A stretch of 48,643 nt of DNA from an uncultured Candidatus Saccharibacteria bacterium (GTDB lineage: Bacteria > Patescibacteriota > Minisyncoccia > Minisyncoccales > CG1-02-41-26): contig CAZYWT010000002.1 of NCBI GenBank assembly GCA_964651635.1, forward strand, positions 1 to 48,643, given 5' to 3'. Below are positions 24,779 through 33,900 of the stretch, in pieces. The notes beneath the pieces were generated by a model. The model worked only from the letters and a program-made list of their open reading frames with translations, was not told the DNA's origin and did no database searches. The stretch's first letter is position 1, and every line of letters starts with the position of its first letter. The position numbers were made by a program, and so were the translations under genes.

Positions 24779-25858
24779 TTATTGATAAATTTCAGGGTTG
24801 ATACTAAAATTATGGCAGCAAGCGTAATTATTAACGCTTCCTCCGCAAAACCAGTCCAAACATTCTGAGTAGGTTTTCCCGTGGCATAAACAGGCGGCGC
24901 ATTCTCCATGGAAAATCCCGTTTTCACAAGCGTCCTCGCACATGGTAAATCTTATATAATTTATTTTTGCCAACGGGGTGGCTGTTCCCGGATTAAACCT
25001 ACTTTCATTGCTTAAACATTCCACACATTCTTCCGTTGGCTCTTTGGCGCACTCGTTTCTACATTCATAAGAATAAATTCTTGGCGAATAATCTCCCCTC
25101 AAAAACGCTTTTCCGCAGACAACCGGCATTTTTATTATATTCTCTTCCGCTCCTTTCTCTAATTTTTCTATTTCTTTTTCATTTAAGACGCAGTTTTTGC
25201 TAACAAGAGACGGCTGGAGCCAACTTCTGGCGAGATTGAGCAATCTTCTGCTCTCTTCCGGTTTTGTGATTTTATCTCCCGCCGTTTCTCCTTGTTTTAT
25301 TAAATCAACCCTTACGGGAACGGTCTTATTTTCTAAAACATCTCTCACCGCTTCTCTGGCTCCTTTTATCCTATTGTAAAATCCTCTTAATTCTTCCACG
25401 CTTTCGGTTAAATCAAAACAGGGTTCTCCCATACATTCCTCTGGCTGACAATTAGGAAGCTTCATTTCTATCGGCAGAGGACCGCTAAAAAAGAAATCAA
25501 TATTAATGCGAGCTGTTAGTCCCTTATCAACTACTCTCGCCTGACAAAGAGAAAAATCGCAAATCGGCGATTCCGTCGGCTCCGTCTCTGTTTCTCCTTT
25601 TCTTGTCAGGGATTTTATTATTTCTTGAATGTATTCCGCGCCGCCCGCAACGCTTTCATGCATATCTTTAACCCTATCTATAAGAGAGCCCAAAAGTTCT
25701 TTTGTTTTTTTAATTGCAAGCCCGGTTGGTATCGGCTCGTCGCAAACAATTGCTTGGGCGTTTGCTCCAAAAGCGGAACTCAAAAGTCCCATTGTTATTA
25801 AAACAAGAACAGCTATTTTTAATTTATTTTTTCCATTCATATATTTATAATAAACCAA
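24779..25858 (-). CDS. Secreted cysteine-rich protein, unknown function
   Basis: A signal peptide KLKIAVLVLITMGLLSSAFGANAQA is present; the likelier start is the Met at 25840. The C-terminal third is packed with Cys clusters (ECRNEC, ECVECL, MCEDACENGIFHGECAACLCHG, WFCGG, YACCHNF). Confidence 0.7.
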   Translation of the reverse strand: MVYYKYMNGKNKLKIAVLVLITMGLLSSAFGANAQAIVCDEPIPTGLAIKKTKELLGSLIDRVKDMHESVAGGAEYIQEIIKSLTRKGETETEPTESPICDFSLCQARVVDKGLTARINIDFFFSGPLPIEMKLPNCQPEECMGEPCFDLTESVEELRGFYNRIKGAREAVRDVLENKTVPVRVDLIKQGETAGDKITKPEESRRLLNLARSWLQPSLVSKNCVLNEKEIEKLEKGAEENIIKMPVVCGKAFLRGDYSPRIYSYECRNECAKEPTEECVECLSNESRFNPGTATPLAKINYIRFTMCEDACENGIFHGECAACLCHGKTYSECLDWFCGGSVNNYACCHNFSINPEIYQ

Positions 25859-25876
25859 TTTTAACCTATTGCCAAA

Positions 25877-28800
25877 TTATCTTTTGGCGCATTTAACCTT
25901 AACAAATCCGTCTATATTTGCGTCTTCGCAAGTTAAGGCAAACGATTTCTCCCCTTGTCCTTCCAAGTCCTTTACCCCCGGAAGTTCTATTTGGCAAGAC
26001 GATTCTTTCCCCTCCAATTGATAATTTTTTGTATAAAAGTTTACATCTAACGAGTAGTTTTGTCCGCTGTAATTAACTTCGCAAACATTTTCTTCGCAAA
26101 AAACTTCCAATCCCGACGGGGCCTCGGGGCATTTTGTTTGAATATCTATCCATTCCCTATAATTCCATCTCTCGCAATCCAAAGAACAAAAATAGGGAAG
26201 AGAAGATATTGTGTAGGTCGCTCTTTCTCCCTCTTCTTTGTCGCATTTTACAGAATAAGATTTTTTAGAGCAATTTATCGCCAACTCGCCTTTTTCTATT
26301 TTTGTTTGGCAGTTTCCCGGGATAGTGGAATCTTCTTCTATTATTTCACAAGTGAGAGCCCCCGTATAAGTTATTATTTCTTCGTTGGCGTCTTGTCTTT
26401 CCGGAGGAGATATTTTATCCTCCAAATTTTGAGCCATTTTTTTCATCGGGTGTCTTAATATATAAACTAAATAACAATAAGGGCTGCTGAGCGGCTCAAC
26501 CGTGAGGGGCATATTAGAAATACAAAAAGGATACTTGCACAAACTTTGCCCGCAAAGGCAATTTTGGCTGGCAAAATGAACCGCCGTGGCAAGAGCCCAA
26601 ACGGCTTGCGCTTTTCTCTTTATTTTTTCTCCCTCATCCTTCAAAGATTTTATAGAATTATATTTTACAGGATAGATGTTAAATATATCGCGCAGTTTCA
26701 ACGCTCCTATTTTTATATCAAAATCTTTAACCCCTCTTCGGATTATATCTATTTGAGTTAAATTACTCCTTAAAACAGAAAAGTTAGACTCTATAATGGA
26801 GAACAAATTACCCACATCCGGGCAAACGGGACCGCCTCTGGGCGTTGTTATATCATTGCTTCCGGAAGCGGGAAGAGCGACGCAATCCAATGGTTGGAAG
26901 CTTAAACCTTCGCTATCCTCGTCTTTTTTGGCTCCTTCGGAAAGTTTTTCGGGGAGTTCTTTGAGCATTTTGATTAAAATCTGAGCATTCTCATAAGCTG
27001 TTTTGGCGTCGCTTATAGATGTTTCTATTCCGCCCATAAACAAAGAATAGGACCTAATTCCTAAAAGAATAGAGTAAATTGACATAACTCTGTTTAAGGG
27101 CTGTCTAATGTTAGTGTTTTCGAGGTTGCAAAAGAATTTTAATCTTTCAAGAGAGGCGGCGCTTTCTTCATCCCCGGAGAAAATATCTTTTTCTTGTCGC
27201 CAATTGTCGCCCCAGCCCAACCCCTCTCCTCTTATATGTTCAAGATGAAGGGCGATATCCTTACAAAGAGAAGGGTCTTGGGAGTGGAGGCAGTTTTCCT
27301 TCCAGGCCTCTTTTACGGCCACTATCTTGTCGCATTGCTCTTTTGCTCCCGCAAGTCCCGTCCACCCCTCGCAACTTTCTTTAAGTTCCATTATCTCTTC
27401 CTCTTCAAAAGGGCAAACATCCGACAAATAATCAGCTCTTTGGGTACAAGCGCTATAAAACGAGCGCTCGCTACCGCCCATATAAGTCATATTCCCCTCA
27501 CTAACGGCGCCGTCGCACACTTTAGAACTCCAAAAATGGACGGGGTCCTCACCCTGCTCTAAGTGGTAGGGGGCCTCCGGGTCGCATATTCCTCTAATTC
27601 TTTCTCCCAACCCCTCGTTTTCTGTTAAAAATGGTAAAAGTCGCTCCCCTGCCCATCTTAAATTGTTATTCTTATCAAGTTCTTTTACTCTTCTCTCGGC
27701 TTCCACAAGGGTTCTCTCCAGCGCTTCCACCCTTGAGCAAAGTTCCTCGTCTAATTTTTTGCTTCGCTTGTTATATTCAGGATAGATTTCCTCGTTACAT
27801 TTTTGAAGAGTTTCGCCGGGGTTGCTGCTCATCAAGACGGGGTCTATCGCTTGGCAACTCACAGCCATTTTATTGTTGCCCAATATCTTTGCCTCTAAAT
27901 AAGGGATGTCGTTTTGTCTCGTTTTCTCCAATTTTTCTTGAACGGTCTTTCCATTTGTTTTTTCTTTTAGGAAGTAGTAATCGGGATTTTCCGAAAGATT
28001 TAGGAGAGACGAAAATCCCGCCTTTAGCCCATATTCTTTATTTTCCAAATTAAAATAGCCGTTAAAAAGACTGTTAATAGCGCTGTATTTTTCATCCAAA
28101 AAAGAAACGGGGCTTTCCATAAATTTATCAAACCCCTCTCCCTCTATCCCCGCTTCTTCCATCCCCGCGTTGCCGGCGAAAATATCGTCCATTTTTGTTA
28201 TTTTAACTTCCGGAATATCCAAGGAAGGGTTTAGTTCTTTGGTTTTTTTTGCCACCTCGCTAATTTTCTCGGATAATTTTTCCAAAGAGAAAATGGATTT
28301 AGTAATCCGCTCCAATTCTCTAAAATCTTTATTAAAATTGTCTATTTCAAAACATCTAATTCTTTCCAGAAATCCATTAGGAGAGGCGGGGCAGTTATAG
28401 GGGCCGGTCGCTTCCCCTAAATTTGCCAAGAATTTATCTATATCGTCGGCTAAATTTTCCTCCGTTTGGTTTGCCAACCTTCGGGCGGCTTGAATGGCGC
28501 TGTAAAGTTCTTGGGACTTTTCTTTGGTGGCAAGGAGCAACTTTATATATTCATAAGCGTTTATATCCTCTCCCCTTTCCCAGATATTTACAATTTCCCG
28601 TATTATTTCTTTTATTTTTTCCAACTTATCGTTCTTCAATTTTAAGATATTGGAAGAAGGATTAGAGAGTTTTTTAATATCGTTTTGATATTTATTTATT
28701 TTTTGAACGGATAAGGGAGAATTTATAAAATAATTCAAAATTGGATGGGCTATTTTTGCTTTACTCCATGTGAGGTCGCCGAGGTTGCTCACGGAAAAAT

Positions 28801-30937
28801 CGGGGTTTATATATTCCCAAGCCAATATCCCCCCCATTTCCCTTAAAAAATTTAGCTCCGGGAGAGAAATTTCCATAAAATCTCGTTTTTGATTCCAATC
28901 CTGATAAAAAAGTTCAGAATCAAACTGGCAGTTTTCCCCCGCTATTTCTTTGGCCTCTTCCGTTGTGGGAGCTACTGTTTCCCCCTCTTCCTCTCGCCAA
29001 AATATCTTTTTGCCCTCGTCGTCTATGGGCAGATTTTTTGTTTGAGCCAAAAACTCTTGGAAGGAATTAAATATGTTAAAAAAGTTGTCATTAAACCAAA
29101 AATTTTTATCCGTTTGGGAGTTTTGGTCCCAATTACGCTTGTGAAACCAAAAAAAAGCAAGTTTTCTTAAAAGTTCCTCATTAGACATTGGCATGCCCGC
29201 CTTCCACACGGAAAATTTTTCAAAGGAGTTAAGGGCGTTAATTAAACCAAAAATAGAATCAGCCCCTGCCTTGAAAGACGCCAACCAATTTTCTTGCGGG
29301 TTGTTGGGAATGGCGCAGGAATAGTTGCAAGTATATTCATTTTCACAAGAAACGGCAACCACTCCCTTTACTTGAGGGCACGACATATTGTATTCTTCCG
29401 CCGTTTTTGGCAAAGGAATAGCGCAAGTCCCTCCTCCGCCCGAAGGAGCGCCCCCGCAACTTAACTGATAAGAATTGGTAGTTCCCACTCTCGCGATTTT
29501 ACATTGGTTGGGGTTTTTTTCTATTTTTGCTCCGCACTCGCTCTCGCAACTTACCTTTAATTCTCTGGGAAGTTCTTTGCAGGAAGCGGACTCTTCAAAA
29601 TGGGGTTCCCACCATTTTATATCTCCCTTCATAGGGAAATCGGCGCAATCCACAACGCAAGAATAATTGGGCGCCGAAGGTTTGGTTATAGTATAGACAA
29701 GATTTTCTTCCGAGCAAGAGATGTTATAGCTCGAAGAACCCGAACAATTTATTTTTAACAAATTGTTTTCTATGTAATATAAGCAGTCTCCTTCCATCCC
29801 CGCGCTTCCGGTAGTTTGGCAAGAAAATCCCGTTTTTTGGCATTCAAAATCCGTCGGCTCGTTATGCGCGTCCGTTGCTTCTTCGGAAATAATAAATTTA
29901 GTCGCCGAACGCAATCTTTTAGCAAAGCCCGACGGGCTTTCAAAGTGAGCCAAAAACAACTGAATTGCTTGGTCCAACTTTTCTCTTTTTTCTTTGTCTC
30001 CCTGGGAGGAGCTCCCTTCCGTTTCATAAAGAAAACTTATCCATTCCACCCTTTGAAGAGTTTTCATCATTTTTTCCGTCTCTCCCTTTATATCTCCGGC
30101 CGCCGAGAGCGCTTCCGATTTTGCTTGGCTATATCGGGAAAGATTTTCGCCATATTCGCTAAATCCCAACTCTCCCTCCTGGCCGATGGTTTTTATCACC
30201 TTTCCCAAAGAATCGACAAATGTCTTAAAATATTGAACTTGCGCGAAAAGATCGTCTATAAAATCTATGGCGTAATTTACCGTGGATAAAATTTGGTCGT
30301 AAACCTTTTTTAATTCGTTAAGTTGCTTGGCGATATTTGCCACTTTTCTTAGAAAATTAGCGATTCCCGTGGGAGCCAGCCAGTCCGCGATGGTTAAGAT
30401 ATTTACCGTGTAGGTTACTTGCCCCAAAGTAAAGGGGCAGTGGCTTCGGCAATTTTTTAAGAAAGAGCATTCCGTTAGCGGGTCGGTTTTATTAAACATT
30501 TTTTTGGCAAAATAAGCGATATTGGAAGCGGCTCTTTGGATAGAAATAAATTCTCCGCAGGCGCGGGCAAGAGCGTATCTTTCTTCTCGGCTCATCTTTT
30601 CGGCTTCTTCGGGGGTGATAATTCGCAATTCGCACTTTTCGGGGATATAAGGAGCGACTAAAAGAGGAAACCCTTTTTCGTCGGTTGTATCTACTTGGCT
30701 TTCAGCTTCAAAAAAATTTTCTTTATTGAATGGGTGTTTGTCCGACACCCGCTTTATTTTCCAGTCACCAACGGCCAAATATCCATCCTCGGAAATATAA
30801 ATTTCCTCCGGGAGAGGAATTCCGTCCAAAATGTCTCCTATAAATTTCCAGATATTAAAAGCGTCGGCTCTTTGCGGGCTTATAAGAATAACAACCCCTA
30901 TAACCCCTATTAAAATTGTTTTTATCAGTTTTTTCAT
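25877..30937 (-). CDS. Giant (1686 aa) secreted cysteine-rich protein with a duplicated Cys-module
   Basis: A signal peptide MKKLIKTILIGVIGVVILISPQRADA is present and there is no further TM helix. Two homologous ~170-aa Cys modules lie at about nt 29300-29845 and 25880-26368. Long helical regions lie between them. Confidence 0.8.
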   Translation of the reverse strand: MKKLIKTILIGVIGVVILISPQRADAFNIWKFIGDILDGIPLPEEIYISEDGYLAVGDWKIKRVSDKHPFNKENFFEAESQVDTTDEKGFPLLVAPYIPEKCELRIITPEEAEKMSREERYALARACGEFISIQRAASNIAYFAKKMFNKTDPLTECSFLKNCRSHCPFTLGQVTYTVNILTIADWLAPTGIANFLRKVANIAKQLNELKKVYDQILSTVNYAIDFIDDLFAQVQYFKTFVDSLGKVIKTIGQEGELGFSEYGENLSRYSQAKSEALSAAGDIKGETEKMMKTLQRVEWISFLYETEGSSSQGDKEKREKLDQAIQLFLAHFESPSGFAKRLRSATKFIISEEATDAHNEPTDFECQKTGFSCQTTGSAGMEGDCLYYIENNLLKINCSGSSSYNISCSEENLVYTITKPSAPNYSCVVDCADFPMKGDIKWWEPHFEESASCKELPRELKVSCESECGAKIEKNPNQCKIARVGTTNSYQLSCGGAPSGGGGTCAIPLPKTAEEYNMSCPQVKGVVAVSCENEYTCNYSCAIPNNPQENWLASFKAGADSIFGLINALNSFEKFSVWKAGMPMSNEELLRKLAFFWFHKRNWDQNSQTDKNFWFNDNFFNIFNSFQEFLAQTKNLPIDDEGKKIFWREEEGETVAPTTEEAKEIAGENCQFDSELFYQDWNQKRDFMEISLPELNFLREMGGILAWEYINPDFSVSNLGDLTWSKAKIAHPILNYFINSPLSVQKINKYQNDIKKLSNPSSNILKLKNDKLEKIKEIIREIVNIWERGEDINAYEYIKLLLATKEKSQELYSAIQAARRLANQTEENLADDIDKFLANLGEATGPYNCPASPNGFLERIRCFEIDNFNKDFRELERITKSIFSLEKLSEKISEVAKKTKELNPSLDIPEVKITKMDDIFAGNAGMEEAGIEGEGFDKFMESPVSFLDEKYSAINSLFNGYFNLENKEYGLKAGFSSLLNLSENPDYYFLKEKTNGKTVQEKLEKTRQNDIPYLEAKILGNNKMAVSCQAIDPVLMSSNPGETLQKCNEEIYPEYNKRSKKLDEELCSRVEALERTLVEAERRVKELDKNNNLRWAGERLLPFLTENEGLGERIRGICDPEAPYHLEQGEDPVHFWSSKVCDGAVSEGNMTYMGGSERSFYSACTQRADYLSDVCPFEEEEIMELKESCEGWTGLAGAKEQCDKIVAVKEAWKENCLHSQDPSLCKDIALHLEHIRGEGLGWGDNWRQEKDIFSGDEESAASLERLKFFCNLENTNIRQPLNRVMSIYSILLGIRSYSLFMGGIETSISDAKTAYENAQILIKMLKELPEKLSEGAKKDEDSEGLSFQPLDCVALPASGSNDITTPRGGPVCPDVGNLFSIIESNFSVLRSNLTQIDIIRRGVKDFDIKIGALKLRDIFNIYPVKYNSIKSLKDEGEKIKRKAQAVWALATAVHFASQNCLCGQSLCKYPFCISNMPLTVEPLSSPYCYLVYILRHPMKKMAQNLEDKISPPERQDANEEIITYTGALTCEIIEEDSTIPGNCQTKIEKGELAINCSKKSYSVKCDKEEGERATYTISSLPYFCSLDCERWNYREWIDIQTKCPEAPSGLEVFCEENVCEVNYSGQNYSLDVNFYTKNYQLEGKESSCQIELPGVKDLEGQGEKSFALTCEDANIDGFVKVKCAKR

Positions 30938-30939
30938 AA

Positions 30940-33900
30940 TTAGTCGCTAAATATGGGCGAATTGGAATTTATTGGCAGTCCCGTTTTTATAGTTAAAGTG
31001 AGCATTTTCAAAAAGTCGGTTAATTTGTTGGATATACAAGTTAAAAGGTCTACGCAACATTGGTCCGTTTCTTCATTATAATAACTTCCCTGACAACATA
31101 AAACCATTTCCTCCTCATCCTCTGTCGTTTTTTCTTTTCTCTCATCTCCCTCTCTCTCGCATTTTGCTTTCGGCTCGGCGTTTTTGGCGCGGGCAACGGC
31201 GTAAGTTTGGCGACAGATATTGCAACTTTCATCATAGCAGCAAAATACCCCGTCATCTCGCTCGTCTCTTTCTTCCCCTTTTTCTATGTCGCAGGACTCG
31301 CTTGTTTCTATTTCTCTACACCTGTCTTTACATACCAACGCCGCTCCCAAATTACAGCATTGTTTAGTTGTTTTGTTGTAGATTTCTTTTTCTCCCTGAC
31401 AACTCTCGTTATTTTTTTCCTCGGGGGTGGCGTCTTTGCACTTCCCCGCTAATCTGTCGGCTATGTCGTCGCCTATCTCGTCTGTCGCCCCCATTCCCAA
31501 CGATTGAATGAGCCAATTTACGCCCCTGGTGGGATATTCAATAAAAGCGGTGTCTAAACTACTCCTAATAGTTCCTTGAACGGAATCCACCGCCTCGTTA
31601 ACAGAATCCTTAATATCTTCCCATTTGCCGTAAATTTCATAGACGAATTTGGTAATTCCCGCGGCTTTGCCGATTGTGTCTATATAAGGATTATTTAACT
31701 CCGGTATTTTTGTTTCTGCGATATAATCAATTGGGGACCTAAAGAGAGCCCACTCTTTATTTAGGGGGTCTGTCAAATAATGGGCGGCGATATCTGTCGG
31801 GGTTTTTGCCAAAACTTCTTGAATTTCTTTCCATTTAGAAACATCCATAGATTTTTGAAGCCAATTTTCTTTACCCATTTTCTTAAATATCATATAAATT
31901 AAACTTTTCCCATTTAATAGATAACTAATTGGGTCTTTGGAGAGCGCTTCTCCCAGCTTGTTGGCTTGTTTGGCAAATTCTTGTTTTTGCTCTTCACTCC
32001 AACCAGGGCCTCCCACATCTTTCGCTTTTACCCTCATCAAAAGAGAAGAAATTTTGCCCCTAAAAAGAGCATCTAAAAGGTTGTTGAGCGGTTCCGGTCT
32101 TTCGTAATTTTCCAATTTTGTCCACATCAGAGAAAAAATAGTGTTGTAGGGGTCTTTTATATAATTTATAAGTCGTTTTTCTATTCCTAAACTTTCTTCC
32201 AATGTTTGAGTTAAAATCCGGCAGGTTATAAAAAGGTTTTTAAGATTTTCGCCGACATCTCCCTCTTTTTCTTCTGCCAGATAAGTTCTCTCCACCAAAG
32301 AGCAAGCCCCGCTTCCCAAAAGCCAATAAATGTTTTTAGCCAACATATTGCTCCCCTCGCAAGGGCTTCCCGTCAATCCTTCCACCGCCCCCAAACAAGG
32401 AGTGGTGAGCGCTTCTTCCACCGTCCCTCCCGAACTAAACCAAGCGGTAAAAGATTGGAGCCCCCGTTCTAATTTTTTTATTTGTCCCTCTTCCATCGCG
32501 TCCGCTTGCGTGGCGATATGAAGCATTTCTTCCCTCCCCATTCCTCTATCCAGGGCAAGTTTTTGTATTTCTCCTTGAACCCTCTTGTCTGTAAAAGTGG
32601 CAAAGAGCCACAGATAAATTTCCTGGGACTTTTCTTTGTCTTTTTTTTCTATATCTCCAAAGTTATGCTCTATTTGGTCGTTAAAAATAGTGTAGGCGGC
32701 GGAATTTTCAATTAGAGCGGCGCAAGCGTCCTCTCCCCGGTCGATTAAATCCTTTTTTTCTTCAGAGAGAGTTAAATCTCTTAAAACGCAGGGCGAAATT
32801 CCTTGCTCGGAGCATAATTTTTCTTTTTTAATTTCTAATTGTTGGCAGTAGGTGTTTATGAAGTCGGATAAAATTAATCCTTGCGCTCTGTCCCAACCTT
32901 TCAGAGGGTTCTGGCAGGCGTAGTTTAAGAAATAACAATAACCCTTTTCCCCGGCTGGGTCGCTTGGGTAGGGCAGAAGTCCGGCCGTTAGGTCGAAACT
33001 CCACTCCTTGCAATCGTAATCAATAAAACTAATTTCTCCGCAGATAAGTTCTTTGGGTGTTGCTTTTAGCAGTTTTCTCATAACTTCGGGGCTTAAATTG
33101 AGTTCGGGCCAAATTAACTGGGCCACCGTTTTGTTTAAATGTTTGTCTATATCGGCGTTTTTAAAAACTTGGTCGAATAGTTTCATAATTTCGGTGTTTA
33201 ACGCGGTTGCTACTTTTTCGCCAAACTTTCCGTTTTCGGAGAGTTGGTCTAATAAACTTTGATGAAGTTCTCTGTCTATGCCACAGGCCGCCTTCCCCAC
33301 TTCTTCGCTTACTTCTATTTTTTCGTTGTAAATAGTATAACTTCCTCCCGCTTCTTTTTTGGCGCAAATATCGGATAAGATTTGTTCAACGCTGGAGCCC
33401 AAATAGGCCGAAATTTGAGCGGGGAGCGCTTCTCTAACCGAAGAGTTTAGAAAATTGTGTATTTCCTCTTGAAAGGTGGAGAGTTGGAAAAGATACGGGG
33501 CAAACGGCTTCAAAATAGAATCTTCCACCCAAACTTGAGCGTATTTAGTTAAAGTGTGGGCGGCGGTTCGCAAAAGCGCCACCATAAATTCCTCGCCAAA
33601 GTTTACCAAAAATTCAACCGCTCCCTTTCCCCAGCGAGCGAGATTTTCTCTGGTGGGGGCGAGCCCGCCAAGGTTTAAATTTTTACAACTCTTACACACT
33701 TCTCCGCCTATTTGGTCCCAGCAATAGCCGGCGCCTCGGCAAAGCGCTTCCTGGGTAAAATCAGATTCAAAAGCTCCAACATCTCCGTCCTTTTTGCTGC
33801 GAACAAGAGCGTTCGCAATCCCTCTACCCGAAGTAAAGTCGCTTATTTCCCGGGGGGTGGCTTTGTAGCATCTTTCGTTGGTATAGTTGTAAAAATATCC

